From IMG/VR virus record IMGVR_UViG_3300025466_000015: a DNA stretch of 64,000 nt. One strand, written 5' to 3'. Origin of the DNA: a virus. Shown here one piece after another: positions 21,101 through 31,980 of this stretch (position 1 is the stretch's first letter; every line of letters begins with the position of its first letter). A program made the translations under genes and the position numbers. The notes under the pieces were generated by a model. That model saw only the letters and a list, made by a program, of their open reading frames with translations. It searched no databases and was not told the origin of the DNA.

Positions 21101-22537
21101 ATGCCTGTAAAAAGTTTTGTAGAATTTGAAAAAGAAAAATACCAAAAGCACATTGACTTTTATGGTAAAATTCTAATTATCGGTTATGGCTCTGTTGGAC
21201 AAGCCATTTTACCAGTTATTTTAAGACACATTGCTGTTGATCCAAAAAACATCACGGTACTAGAACGTGATAATCATAGACACATTTTTATTCACCGCCA
21301 CGGTGGTTCTGGCTGTCACTATGTCAGAAAAGAGATTCTTCCAAGTAATTACAAAAAAGTATTATCAACCTATGTTGGTGAAGGTGATTTAATTATCAAT
21401 TGCTCACTTAATATTGATGCACAAGCATTACTAGAGTGGTGTATGGAAAATGATGTGATGGAAATTGATACATCATTAGAAAGATGGGAACATCATCCAG
21501 ACGAAACAATTCCAAAGTTGTCTGAACGAACATTGTACCATACACATAAAGTTGTTCGTGAAGCTATGATGCAACATGTTGATGGTCCTACATGCTGTGT
21601 GACTCATGGTGCAAATCCAGGTTATGTTACTCATTTGACCAAAAGAGCACTTCTTAATCTAGCCAAGAAACGTGGCAAAAAAGTTGAGATGCCAACAGAC
21701 CGTGAAGAATGGGCTCAGTTGATGAAATCACTAGATGTTAAAGTGATTCATATTGCTGAAAGAGACCAACAAGTTATTAATCAACCAAAAACAAAAGGTG
21801 AATTTACCAACACATGGTCTTGCGAAGGTTTTTGGGCTGAAGGTAGAGCGCCTGCCGAGATGGGCTGGGGCACACATGAAGACAGACATCCAGAAGGCGG
21901 TAAGTCACAAGGTAATGCAGCTTTCTTAATGCAACCTGGCGCTTCTGTATTGATGAAGTCTTGGGTACCAGATGGTGGACAATACAATGGTTACTGTATT
22001 CAACATTCAGAGTCAGTAACAATATCAGAATACTTCACAACAAAACGTGGTGACTTTAGACCATCCGTTTATTACGTTTATCAACCATGTGATTCGGCTA
22101 TTGCTTCGCTACATGAGATGCGTGGTAACGAATTAGATATTCAAAAAGAACAACGTATTCTCAAAGATGAAATCGTTGACGGCATGGATGAATTGGGTGT
22201 ATTATTGATTGGTGACGGCTTCTGCTTCTGGCACGGTTCACAATTAGATATTCACGGGGCTAGAGAATTAGTGGAAGGTGAAAATGCAACATCAATGCAA
22301 GTTGCAGGTTCTATGTTGGGTGCCATCGTTTGGATGATTAAAAATCCGAGAAATGGTTACACAGAACCAGAAGAATTGCCGTTTGAAGAAATCTTGGCCA
22401 TCGGTGACCAATATTGGGAACCATTGGTATCTGTAATGTCTAACTGGACACCAAGCAAGGACACTAACAGTCTATTCTATAAAGAATTTGATGAAAGTAA
22501 TCCTTGTAAATACGAAAACTTTAGAGTCTGGACTTAA
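21101..22537 (+). CDS. hss: Homospermidine synthase
   Basis: IIGYGSVG, HGANPG, IHIAERD, FTNTWSCEGF, EMGWGTHE, GMDELGVL, NATSMQV; late promoter TATAAATA at 21063. Confidence 0.93.
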   Translation: MPVKSFVEFEKEKYQKHIDFYGKILIIGYGSVGQAILPVILRHIAVDPKNITVLERDNHRHIFIHRHGGSGCHYVRKEILPSNYKKVLSTYVGEGDLIINCSLNIDAQALLEWCMENDVMEIDTSLERWEHHPDETIPKLSERTLYHTHKVVREAMMQHVDGPTCCVTHGANPGYVTHLTKRALLNLAKKRGKKVEMPTDREEWAQLMKSLDVKVIHIAERDQQVINQPKTKGEFTNTWSCEGFWAEGRAPAEMGWGTHEDRHPEGGKSQGNAAFLMQPGASVLMKSWVPDGGQYNGYCIQHSESVTISEYFTTKRGDFRPSVYYVYQPCDSAIASLHEMRGNELDIQKEQRILKDEIVDGMDELGVLLIGDGFCFWHGSQLDIHGARELVEGENATSMQVAGSMLGAIVWMIKNPRNGYTEPEELPFEEILAIGDQYWEPLVSVMSNWTPSKDTNSLFYKEFDESNPCKYENFRVWT

Positions 22538-22827
22538 TTAGGCACAGCCACAACTCTCTTGACTCCAGTTTGTGGGTCAATCATTTCTTGCCAATGATAA
22601 CCAAACGGTGGTGCTTGCACTACTGGTTGTTGAACAATAACTGAAGGTTGTTCCACATAAACTGGTGGACGAGCTAATTCATAACCAACAACACCACCAA
22701 TCAAAGCTGGTGCAACCCAACCCATTCCGTTTCCACGATAACAACAATATCCACCATGATGATGCCATTGTGCATCAGCAGTTCCTAAAATTGTTAAAAG
22801 TGATAAAGCTAGTAGTGATTTTTTCAT
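22534..22827 (-). CDS. Small secreted/membrane Gly-Pro-rich protein
   Basis: Signal peptide; GWVAPALIGGVVGYELARPPVYV. Confidence 0.65.
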   Translation of the reverse strand: MKKSLLALSLLTILGTADAQWHHHGGYCCYRGNGMGWVAPALIGGVVGYELARPPVYVEQPSVIVQQPVVQAPPFGYHWQEMIDPQTGVKRVVAVPN

Positions 22828-23585
22828 TATAGTCTCCTTCTGTGTATATCGTAAAGATAAGTAACCTCATAAATTCTTGTATGAGTGTTTCTGCTTCCTA
22901 ATACGATAATGATAGAATTATTTAGTTTAGTCACAATACATCCACCAGAAGCAGAGATCCATCCTGTCTTACTTATAGTAAAATCTTTTTTACCAACGAG
23001 TGGATTTGTATTATGATATACAAGTTTTCTTTTCTTTACGATAACTTCAACGGATGTTTTTTTATCTGCTTCTACTATAAATGAATAATTAGCTGCAGCC
23101 TTAACTAGATTAACCAATTGTTTGGCTGAACTGGTATTTCTCTTATCAAGACCTGTTGGTTCATATACGATAGAATCAACCATATTCAAACTTTGTAATT
23201 TTAAATTCATCACATATACACAGACACCAAAACCACCAGGGTATTGTTCGCATAGAGTTTGTGCAGCTCTGTTATTACTATTGACTAAAGCCAATTCTAA
23301 TAAAATTCTTCTTGGCAATTGTGAAGGTAAGGCATCTCGAATTTTAGTACTGAGAGGTACTAATTCATCCATATCTTGTTTGGCATCCAACACAACCATT
23401 GCCACAATCAATTTGCTGATACTGGCTATTGGTTGTATTCTATCTTCATTAGACGCATCAAGAACGGTATTGGTATCTTCGTTTGTGATTAACCAAGACT
23501 TTGCGGTAATTGGTTGCGCTTGGACATTTCCGAGATTAAAAAGTAGGGAGAATAAACATAATATAGAAAAAACAATGCGTAGCAA
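22827..23585 (-). CDS. D-Ala-D-Ala peptidase, family S11 (PbpG/PBP7-like)
   Basis: Signal peptide; PIASISKL (SxxK), SNN (SxN), SKTG; SD GAGGAG before TTG. Confidence 0.88.
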   Translation of the reverse strand: MLRIVFSILCLFSLLFNLGNVQAQPITAKSWLITNEDTNTVLDASNEDRIQPIASISKLIVAMVVLDAKQDMDELVPLSTKIRDALPSQLPRRILLELALVNSNNRAAQTLCEQYPGGFGVCVYVMNLKLQSLNMVDSIVYEPTGLDKRNTSSAKQLVNLVKAAANYSFIVEADKKTSVEVIVKKRKLVYHNTNPLVGKKDFTISKTGWISASGGCIVTKLNNSIIIVLGSRNTHTRIYEVTYLYDIHRRRL

Positions 23586-23755
23586 TTTAAATACTCCTCA
23601 ATGATAGTAGTCATATTTATTTGCTCAATTTAAGATACAATAATACTATAGCCATAGCAAACACATATAAGCAAAGGAAAAAACCAAGTATAATTTTTAC
23701 TGATAAAGTCAGAAAAAAATCAGAAAAAGACATAGTTTCTTGTTCATCAATTTCA

Positions 23756-24577
23756 TCATCTTGATTGTTGTTGTAATTCGGCATCTTCTTTTTGTAATTG
23801 TTCTTCGTATTGTTGCAATTCTAATAAATGCAATCTTCTACGTTCTGCTTGATGTTGTTTAATAACTTCTGGTTCTAATTCTGGCCATCTCTGTTTTCTA
23901 TCGTATGAGATATAAGCCATTAATAAAGTCATAGTTAATCCTAAAACAATAACAAAGCCACCATAACTTAATTCTGTCATGTACAATTTAAATTTTTCTC
24001 TTTTTCTGGCTGCAGCTCTTTCTTCATCACGGAGTTTTTTCTTGAGTAAGAATTTTTGTTCTACACCCATACTTTTCATCATCTCACTAACATCAGTCCA
24101 TAAAGCACCTAATTCTGGTGGTGCGTTGTAAATCATCATCTCACGGAGTTCAACTTGCATCTGTTCAAGTTGTTTTTTCATTAGAACAAGTTGTAGAGCA
24201 CGTTTACCTAGACTTGAATCTCCTGTGTATAATTCTTCACGGTTCTTTCTTTCTTCTTCTTCAATCACGGCCATACATTTTGTCATGGCATCAAAGAAGT
24301 CGCCAAGGTAATTACCAAGTTCAGTATAAATGCCAGTAGTTTCACCACCACGTTTATTCAATTCAATGACACGATTCTTCTCTTGTATGAATTGATTTTT
24401 CACCTCAACGGAAACTGGAGTTCCGGGTGGATGTGCTTTGTGGAACTGGTCGTCAAGATCCTTGAGGACGGATTTAACCTCCCCAGCAGCACCCTTGATG
24501 TCTTTATATAATTGGCAACCTTTTTTAACGGCCGCAACTGCTCCGTTTGCTAGAGCAAACAGCGTAATCGGATCCAT
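23756..24577 (-). CDS. Coiled-coil membrane-anchored hypothetical protein
   Basis: 273-aa ORF; MDPITLFALANGAVAAVKKG; one TM segment near the C-terminus. Confidence 0.7.
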   Translation of the reverse strand: MDPITLFALANGAVAAVKKGCQLYKDIKGAAGEVKSVLKDLDDQFHKAHPPGTPVSVEVKNQFIQEKNRVIELNKRGGETTGIYTELGNYLGDFFDAMTKCMAVIEEEERKNREELYTGDSSLGKRALQLVLMKKQLEQMQVELREMMIYNAPPELGALWTDVSEMMKSMGVEQKFLLKKKLRDEERAAARKREKFKLYMTELSYGGFVIVLGLTMTLLMAYISYDRKQRWPELEPEVIKQHQAERRRLHLLELQQYEEQLQKEDAELQQQSR

Positions 24578-24673
24578 TTATCCCTTTGCTTGATTAATGT
24601 TTTAATGGCAAAGATGACAAGGACAGCTTGTGGTCCGATACGAATTCATATATAATGTTATATTATTATTTAT

Positions 24674-24997
24674 GTGGAGAACATTATGAAAGTACTAGCG
24701 TTACGCCTCGTTACAGGCGAAGACCTTCTTGGAGAGTTAGAAAGTGAATCGGAAACAGAATTTGTGATTGAAAATCCAGTTGGAATCACAGTTGTTCGTG
24801 GTAAAGATGGTATGCCTAATGTGGGATTCTCACCATTTCCATTACATTCTGAACAAAAGACCGGCACAACTGTTGCCTTAGCTAAGCGTCATGTAGTATA
24901 CTCCTACACTCCAGCCGAAGACTTTGTTACAAACTATAATCAAATCTTTGGTTCTGGCATCGTTCTACCACCAACACCACAAATTATTACAGGTTAA
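24674..24997 (+). CDS. Conserved T4-like hypothetical protein, possible Sm-like fold
   Basis: VLALRLVTGEDLLG..IENPV; ends YNQIFGSGIVLP; precedes gp43. Confidence 0.65.
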   Translation: MENIMKVLALRLVTGEDLLGELESESETEFVIENPVGITVVRGKDGMPNVGFSPFPLHSEQKTGTTVALAKRHVVYSYTPAEDFVTNYNQIFGSGIVLPPTPQIITG

Positions 24998-27537
24998 TGA
25001 CAACATTTTATACCAATGTGCAATCAGTTGGTAATCAAATCCTTTACCGTGGTGTCAGAAATGGCCAACGGATTAAAGAAAGGGTTGATTACGAACCATC
25101 GCTTTATATTCCTTCAAATAGAAATGCCAATTTCAAATCTCTAGAGGGTATTACTCTTACACAAAAGAGATTTGATGGTATGTCTATGGCAAGAGAATAT
25201 ATTAAAAATTTCAAAGATGTGGCCGGTGCACCAAAGGTCTACGGTCAAACTCGATTCGAATATGCTTACATTGCTGACGAACATCCAAACATGGTTGATT
25301 GGGAACAAGAACACGTTTCTATCGGCATCATTGATATTGAGGTTGGTTCTGAAAATGGTTTCCCTGATCCATACAAAGCTGACGAACCAATTACAGCCAT
25401 CTGTTTAACATTCTTAAATGGCAAGACTTGGGTATTCGCCTGTGGTGACTATGAAACACAAGGTGATGAGTTGTATGTAAAATGCAAAGATGAGTGGACT
25501 CTTTGTAGTAAATTCATGAAACTCTGGCAAGACCAATGTCCTGATGTTATCACTGGTTGGAATACAAAGTATTTTGATATACCTTATCTTGTTAATCGTT
25601 TCACAAAAATTCTAGGTGAGAAAGAAGCAAAGAGACTATCGCCTTGGAATATGATTTTTGATAAGAAAGAATTCAACAACAATCGTGAGATGACATCGTA
25701 TGATTTGATTGGTATCGGTTCTCTAGATTATATCGAACTCTACAAATGGTATGCTCCTGGCGGTAAGTCACAAGAGTCTTATCGTTTGGATAATATTGCT
25801 CAAGTAGAACTCGGTGAAGGTAAAATTTCATATGATGAGTTTGATAACCTACACGCCTTGTATCGTTTGAATCATCAAAAGTTTATTGAGTATAACATCA
25901 AAGACGTTGCGTTGATTATCAAACTAGAAGACAAGTTGAAGTTGATTGAATTGGCCTTGACCTTGGCTTATGACACCAAGTCCAATTACAATGATGTGTT
26001 TGCTCAAACTAGAATGTGGGATGCTTTGACATATTCATATTTGCTTGGTAAAGGCATTATTGTTCCTCCAAAATCTAATCATGAAAAGACCTCGGCTTTT
26101 GAAGGTGCCTATGTGAAAGATCCACAAGTTGGTCTACACCATTATGTTGCCAGCTTTGACTTAAATTCACTTTACCCTCACCTTATGGTCCAATACAATA
26201 TTAGTCCTGAAACTTTAATTCAGCCTGAAGATTACACAGATGAAATGAGAGAAGTTCTTTCGCAAGGCGTAACAGTTGATAAATTGTTGCTTAAGAAAAT
26301 TAATACAACAAATATGAGTGGTTGTACATTAACTCCAAATGGTCAGTTCTTTCGTACTGATAAACAAGGTTTCTTACCTGCCATGATGGAAGAAATGTAT
26401 GAAGATAGAAAGAAATTCAAAAAGTTGTATCTCCAAGCCAAACAGGAGTATGAAAATGAACGAGATGAATCCAAGAAGTATGAAATCGAAAAACGAATTG
26501 CGAGATATAACAACCTACAATTGGCTAAGAAAGTTTCTCTTAATTCTGCTTACGGTGCTCTTGGCTCTCAATATTTTCGTTTTTATGACCTTAGGATGGC
26601 TTTGGGTGTCACGACAGCTGGTCAACTTAGTATTAGGTGGATAGAAAATAAAATCAATGAGTATATGAATAAGTTGTTGGAGACTAAAGATGTTGACTAC
26701 GTTATTGCGAGTGATACTGACTCTATCTATCTCCGTCTTGGCGGTGTGGTTGATAAATTTATCACTAATAAATCTACGGATACAAACAAAATCATACGTT
26801 TCATGGATAGGATTTGTGAGGATAAAATTCAACCTTTTATTGATAAGAGCTATGGAGAACTTGCAGAATACGTTAGAGCGTATGCACAAAAGATGCAAAT
26901 GAAACGTGAGGGTCTGGCCAATAAAGGTCTATGGACTGCCAAGAAGCGTTATATTCTAAACATATACAACAACGAAGGTGTACAGTATAACGAACCACAG
27001 ATGAAGGTGATGGGTCTGGAGATGATTAAATCGTCTACACCATCTGCCATCCGTGATAAGATGAAAGAGTCTATTAAGATTATGATGAATGGTTCTGAAC
27101 AAGACATTCAATCATTCATTGCTCAGTTCAGAAAAGATTTCAATAATCTTCCACCAGAAGAAATATCTTTTCCTCGTGGGTTGAATGGACTTACCACATA
27201 CTCTGATGCAATGACACTATATAAAAAAGGAACACCAATTCATGTGAAAGGTGCTATTCTATACAACCACAACCTGAAACAATTGGGACTTACTAAAAAG
27301 TATCCGTTGATTCAAGAAGGTGAGAAAATCAAATTCACCTATTTGAAGTTACCAAATCCTTTTAAAGATACGGTAATTTCCTATCCATCAAGATTACCGA
27401 CAGAGTTTGGGCTTGACAAGTATGTTGATTATGATTTACAATTCAACAAAGCATTTCTTGAACCGATTAAAGTCATTTTGGATTGTATGAAGTGGTCTGT
27501 TGAGAAAACAAATAGCCTTGAAGATTTTTTTAATTGA
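24997..27537 (+). CDS. gp43: Family B DNA polymerase gp43
   Basis: DIEV exonuclease, FDLNSLYPH, KKVSLNSAYG, SDTDS, KKRY; C-terminal clamp motif SLEDFF. Confidence 0.97.
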   Translation: MTTFYTNVQSVGNQILYRGVRNGQRIKERVDYEPSLYIPSNRNANFKSLEGITLTQKRFDGMSMAREYIKNFKDVAGAPKVYGQTRFEYAYIADEHPNMVDWEQEHVSIGIIDIEVGSENGFPDPYKADEPITAICLTFLNGKTWVFACGDYETQGDELYVKCKDEWTLCSKFMKLWQDQCPDVITGWNTKYFDIPYLVNRFTKILGEKEAKRLSPWNMIFDKKEFNNNREMTSYDLIGIGSLDYIELYKWYAPGGKSQESYRLDNIAQVELGEGKISYDEFDNLHALYRLNHQKFIEYNIKDVALIIKLEDKLKLIELALTLAYDTKSNYNDVFAQTRMWDALTYSYLLGKGIIVPPKSNHEKTSAFEGAYVKDPQVGLHHYVASFDLNSLYPHLMVQYNISPETLIQPEDYTDEMREVLSQGVTVDKLLLKKINTTNMSGCTLTPNGQFFRTDKQGFLPAMMEEMYEDRKKFKKLYLQAKQEYENERDESKKYEIEKRIARYNNLQLAKKVSLNSAYGALGSQYFRFYDLRMALGVTTAGQLSIRWIENKINEYMNKLLETKDVDYVIASDTDSIYLRLGGVVDKFITNKSTDTNKIIRFMDRICEDKIQPFIDKSYGELAEYVRAYAQKMQMKREGLANKGLWTAKKRYILNIYNNEGVQYNEPQMKVMGLEMIKSSTPSAIRDKMKESIKIMMNGSEQDIQSFIAQFRKDFNNLPPEEISFPRGLNGLTTYSDAMTLYKKGTPIHVKGAILYNHNLKQLGLTKKYPLIQEGEKIKFTYLKLPNPFKDTVISYPSRLPTEFGLDKYVDYDLQFNKAFLEPIKVILDCMKWSVEKTNSLEDFFN

Positions 27538-27546
27538 AGGAACACA

Positions 27547-28599
27547 ATGAGTATATTAGACAAAATTAAAAAGAATAGCAGTATCAAAGAATCTGCCATT
27601 CTAGCGAAATCAAAATTCTTTAATGACAAAGATATGATACCAACGGCTGTGCCAATTGTTAATGTGGCACTTTCTGGTAAGTTGGACGGTGGTCTAACTC
27701 CAGGTCTTACAATGTGGGCAGGTCCATCCAAGCATTTTAAGACAGCATTTTCCTTATTGATGGCTAAATCTTATCTGGACAAATATGAAGACTCCGCTTT
27801 GTTGTTTTATGATTCTGAGTTTGGTACTCCTCAATCCTATTTTGATTCTTTTGGTATTGACACTAATCGGGTGCTTCACACTCCGCTTACTGATATTGAA
27901 CAACTCAAATTCGATGTGATGACACAATTAACACAGTTGGAACGTACTGATAAATTGATTATCATTATTGATTCAATTGGTAACTTGGCATCAAAGAAAG
28001 AAGTTGAAGATGCTTTGGCTGAGAAGTCTGTAGCGGATATGTCAAGAGCAAAACAAATCAAATCATTGTTTAGAATGGTCACACCACATCTATCAATGAA
28101 AGATATTCCAATGATTGTTGTTAATCATACATACATGGAAATAGGAATGTTTCCTAAAGCAATCGTTGGTGGTGGTACAGGTTCTTATTACTCTGCTGAT
28201 AATATCTTTATTATTGGCCGTCAACAAGAGAAAGACGGCACAGAAGTTACTGGTTACAATTTTATAATCAATGTGGAAAAATCCCGATATGTTAAAGAAA
28301 AATCTAAAATCCCTGTTTCTGTATCTTTTGACGGTGGCATTAGTAAGTGGTCTGGTCTACTTGATATTGCACTCGAATCAGGACATGTGGTTAAGCCTAG
28401 CAATGGTTGGTATTCAAAGGTAGATTTTGAAACTGGTGAAGTTGAAGATAAAAAATATCGTGAAAAAGATACGGATAGTTCTGAGTTTTGGACTTCTATA
28501 TTGGAATCCGAATCATTCAAATCTTATGTTGAAGGTAAATATCGTGTAGCTTCTGGTAGTATCATGCAAACAGAAGACATGGAAGAAACGGTGGAATAA
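27547..28599 (+). CDS. uvsX: RecA-like recombinase UvsX
   Basis: AGPSKHFKT, FYDSEFG, IIDSIGNLASKKE, GGTG. Confidence 0.95.
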   Translation: MSILDKIKKNSSIKESAILAKSKFFNDKDMIPTAVPIVNVALSGKLDGGLTPGLTMWAGPSKHFKTAFSLLMAKSYLDKYEDSALLFYDSEFGTPQSYFDSFGIDTNRVLHTPLTDIEQLKFDVMTQLTQLERTDKLIIIIDSIGNLASKKEVEDALAEKSVADMSRAKQIKSLFRMVTPHLSMKDIPMIVVNHTYMEIGMFPKAIVGGGTGSYYSADNIFIIGRQQEKDGTEVTGYNFIINVEKSRYVKEKSKIPVSVSFDGGISKWSGLLDIALESGHVVKPSNGWYSKVDFETGEVEDKKYREKDTDSSEFWTSILESESFKSYVEGKYRVASGSIMQTEDMEETVE

Positions 28600-28600
28600 A

Positions 28601-28921
28601 ATGGTAGAAGGCATAGATTATTGTTTCATTTATCCTAAAGAAGATGATGCAATAGCACACATTAAATTTTTAGAAGGACCATATAAGAATACCACATTCA
28701 AATATGGTAAAGTAAAAATAAAAGAGGAACCTGACGGTGCTCATTTACTTTTTGCTTATGATGTGTTAGAATCACCAGTTATGAAGCCAAATAAGTTGGA
28801 GAAGGATGACACCTTCAAAAATTATATTGGTGATTTACTGGTAGAGATAATGACTTCCAACATGGAACAGGATATAATTGATGAAACTGGAACAGACGAT
28901 ACTAAGGAATTTGGTTTATAA
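28601..28921 (+). CDS. Hypothetical protein in gp40 position (possible head vertex assembly chaperone)
   Basis: Synteny uvsX-40-41; GPYKNTTFKYGKV. Confidence 0.5.
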   Translation: MVEGIDYCFIYPKEDDAIAHIKFLEGPYKNTTFKYGKVKIKEEPDGAHLLFAYDVLESPVMKPNKLEKDDTFKNYIGDLLVEIMTSNMEQDIIDETGTDDTKEFGL

Positions 28922-30272
28922 TGAGGAATATATCCGCAAAGTATTACCATTTCTAAAAGCAGAATATTTTACTGATAGAACCGAAAGACTGATATTCAAT
29001 GAGATCCTTTCATTCACAAATGCTTACAATTCTTCACCAACGGTTGAAGCAATTGAATTGGCCATCAAAGAGAAACGAAATCTCACAAATGATGAGGTGG
29101 AAAAATCCGAATCGTATCTTAAAGAGATTGTTTCGTCTAGCGGAGAAGAATCCAAGATTCAATGGCTTGTTGACAAAACGGAGTCCTTTGTTCAAGAAAA
29201 GGCTATCTACAATGCAGTATTGGGGTCTATTTCTATACTCGAAGGGAAAGATAAAACCCAAGAGAAAGGTGCGATTCCCAAGATACTATCAGACGCCTTG
29301 GCGGTAAGCTTTGACAACTCCGTTGGCCACGATTACTTAGAAAACTCTGATGAACGATATGAATTCTACCACAGAAAAGAAGAACGAATTCCATTTGACC
29401 TCGAATTCTTCAACAAAATCACCAAGGGTGGTCTTCCTGCCAAGACACTTAACATTGCATTGGCTGGGACTGGTGTGGGTAAGTCTTTGTTTATGTGTCA
29501 TGTTGCCGCTGGCTGTATGTCTCAGGGTAAAAATGTATTGTACATCACTATGGAAATGGCTGAAGAACGTATTGCTGAAAGGATAGATGCAAATCTCCTT
29601 GATGTGACTGTTGATTCTTTGGTTGAATTGCCAAAAGATATGTTTGACAGAAAGATATCCAGACTCCGTGAAAAGACCACAGGTAAGTTAATCATCAAAG
29701 AGTATCCTACCGCATCGGCATCATCTATACACTTTAGGACACTTCTAAATGAGCTTAATCTTAAAAAGTCTTTTGTTCCTGATATTATTTTTATCGACTA
29801 TCTTAATATTTGTTGTTCAGCCAGAATCAAAGCAGGAGCCAACGTTAATTCCTATACCTATGTTAAAGCAATTGCAGAAGAATTGCGAGGTCTGGCCGTT
29901 GAATTCGGAGTCCCCATTGTCTCTGCAACTCAAACAACAAGGTCAGGATATTCCTCTTCCGACCCCGGACTCGAAGATACAAGTGAGTCTTTTGGTTTGC
30001 CTGCGACAGCTGACTTGATGTTTGCTTTGATTTCTTCCGAAGAATTGGAAGAAGTTGGTCAAATCATGGTCAAACAATTGAAGAATAGATACAATGATCC
30101 AACGTATTTCAAAAGATTCACGTTGGGTATTGATAGAGCAAAGATGAAACTATATGATATAGCACAAGTTGAAAATGACTTCTTGGCTGATGCTGGTCAT
30201 AAAGGTGAAGATAAACCTCTTAATACATTTGGTACAAGAGAACGAAAAGATTTTGGAGGATTTAAAGTATGA
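28881..30272 (+). CDS. gp41: Replicative DnaB-like helicase gp41
   Basis: AGTGVGKSL, YITMEMAEE, IKEYPT, IDYLNI, SATQTTR, SESFGLPATAD. Confidence 0.96.
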   Translation: MKLEQTILRNLVYNEEYIRKVLPFLKAEYFTDRTERLIFNEILSFTNAYNSSPTVEAIELAIKEKRNLTNDEVEKSESYLKEIVSSSGEESKIQWLVDKTESFVQEKAIYNAVLGSISILEGKDKTQEKGAIPKILSDALAVSFDNSVGHDYLENSDERYEFYHRKEERIPFDLEFFNKITKGGLPAKTLNIALAGTGVGKSLFMCHVAAGCMSQGKNVLYITMEMAEERIAERIDANLLDVTVDSLVELPKDMFDRKISRLREKTTGKLIIKEYPTASASSIHFRTLLNELNLKKSFVPDIIFIDYLNICCSARIKAGANVNSYTYVKAIAEELRGLAVEFGVPIVSATQTTRSGYSSSDPGLEDTSESFGLPATADLMFALISSEELEEVGQIMVKQLKNRYNDPTYFKRFTLGIDRAKMKLYDIAQVENDFLADAGHKGEDKPLNTFGTRERKDFGGFKV

Positions 30273-30619
30273 CAAATGAACAAATTATTTACGCAACATT
30301 TTTTAGTGTGGTGTGTATAACTATTTTATATACGCATATTACTTGGTCGGCTATCAAAGAATGTTACTCTATGTGGTTTAAAAAATCATATTGGACAGAC
30401 TATAACATAATTGAATTTTTATCATGGACCGCTAAAGCAATTATTATTATTCCTGGATTAATTTTTGGTATTAATATTTGGCAACTTTATTATCTGACTT
30501 TGATTACATCAGCAACATTAATTTGGGCTAGCCGTAAAAAGGCATTGCCCACACTAGTAGGTTTTAACACCATGTGGTTTTGGTTAAGCGCAATGGTACT
30601 GGCACAACATTTAATATGA
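30269..30619 (+). CDS. Multi-pass membrane protein
   Basis: 3-4 hydrophobic segments. Confidence 0.65.
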   Translation: MTNEQIIYATFFSVVCITILYTHITWSAIKECYSMWFKKSYWTDYNIIEFLSWTAKAIIIIPGLIFGINIWQLYYLTLITSATLIWASRKKALPTLVGFNTMWFWLSAMVLAQHLI

Positions 30620-30870
30620 TTAAAAAGTTTTTTTCACATTGGATATGGCCTTGGACTTGGTTTCCAGGATTTTCTTTAATTGATGAAGGCAGCCGCATGG
30701 CTCATGAATATACAGATGAAAAATCCAGAGAAGAAATTTCTCGCATTTATAAAGAATACTATGAAGAAGCAACATCTCCATTAGTTAATCCATTAAAATT
30801 TGATCCTTTAAATCCTCCAAAAGGCTGGGCATTTGATCCTTACTATTGCATATGGCATCCATACAAATGA
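30616..30870 (+). CDS. Hypothetical protein
   Basis: Coupled ORF; PLKFDPLNPPKGWAFDPYY motif. Confidence 0.55.
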   Translation: MIKKFFSHWIWPWTWFPGFSLIDEGSRMAHEYTDEKSREEISRIYKEYYEEATSPLVNPLKFDPLNPPKGWAFDPYYCIWHPYK

Positions 30871-31979
30871 ATTTAACAACTGAAGAAGCACTATATTGTT
30901 CTAAGGCATTTCAAGATTACTTTGCTAATTTTGGTGATATTGAACAATACATGAGAGATGAGAAATTAAAATCTCTTGATTCTATTGGATCATCACTATT
31001 TCCACCTGAAGACGATTTGTTTTCAGACTTCTCTATGCACCCAAAAGACATGGATATTGAAGTAATTGAAATGAATGGTGCTATGTGGGAAACATTATTG
31101 AGTATCACTTCATCACACGTTAATAAAGCACCTGTTGGTCGCAATATACAATTGGCTGTCAGAGAAAAGAACACAGGAAAGATTCTAGGATTCATTAGAC
31201 TTGGTTCGCCAGTCATCTATATGAAACCCCGAAATGAAATGCTTGGACAAGTTTGGATACAGAACAAAGAGTTTCCTAAACGATTCAATGATTCTGCCAT
31301 CATGGGTTTTGTGATTGTACCAGCACAACCCTTTGGATTTAATTATCTTGGCGGTAAATTACTAGCTGCTATCTGTACTTCACACACAGTTAGAGAAATT
31401 GTAAATAAGAAATACAATGCTAATATTTGTTTATTTGAAACTACCAGTCTTTATGGTACGGCCAAAACTGTATCACAATATGACGGCATGAAACCTTATA
31501 TTCGATTCAAAGGATTAACCGAATCTGATATGGTACCCATGATGCACGGTGAAAGATATCAATCACTCAAAGAATATGTTGAGAGCAAAGTTGGTGGTGA
31601 TATATTAGGTGAAGATGAATCAACAACTAGCCGTAAATTGAGAACATTTACTAAGATTATTGCTATGACAAAAGCTGCACTTAAAGGCACACCAGAAGGA
31701 CAACTATTTGAAAAGACTATTGAAGATGCCAAGAATCTAACTGAAAAGAAAAGATATTATACTTCAGATTATGGTTTCAGTAATATGGTTGATTATGTCA
31801 ATGGAAAAACAGACACGTTAATTCCTGGTGAAAACTATGAAAAACATGAATTAAAAAATCTTGTTGAATGGTGGCGAAACAAAGCTATAAATAGATATGA
31901 AACTCTTAAATCTGAGGGTAGATTGCGTACCGAACTAGAAGTTTGGACATCAGGCAAAGACATTCAAATTATTAGGTAA
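30867..31979 (+). CDS. DUF4338 (DruA-like) family protein, paralog 2
   Basis: GRNIQL..GFIRLGSP..PRN..IVPAQPFGFNYLGGKLLAAI..ETTSLYG..SQYDG. Confidence 0.72.
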   Translation: MNLTTEEALYCSKAFQDYFANFGDIEQYMRDEKLKSLDSIGSSLFPPEDDLFSDFSMHPKDMDIEVIEMNGAMWETLLSITSSHVNKAPVGRNIQLAVREKNTGKILGFIRLGSPVIYMKPRNEMLGQVWIQNKEFPKRFNDSAIMGFVIVPAQPFGFNYLGGKLLAAICTSHTVREIVNKKYNANICLFETTSLYGTAKTVSQYDGMKPYIRFKGLTESDMVPMMHGERYQSLKEYVESKVGGDILGEDESTTSRKLRTFTKIIAMTKAALKGTPEGQLFEKTIEDAKNLTEKKRYYTSDYGFSNMVDYVNGKTDTLIPGENYEKHELKNLVEWWRNKAINRYETLKSEGRLRTELEVWTSGKDIQIIR

Positions 31980-31980
31980 A

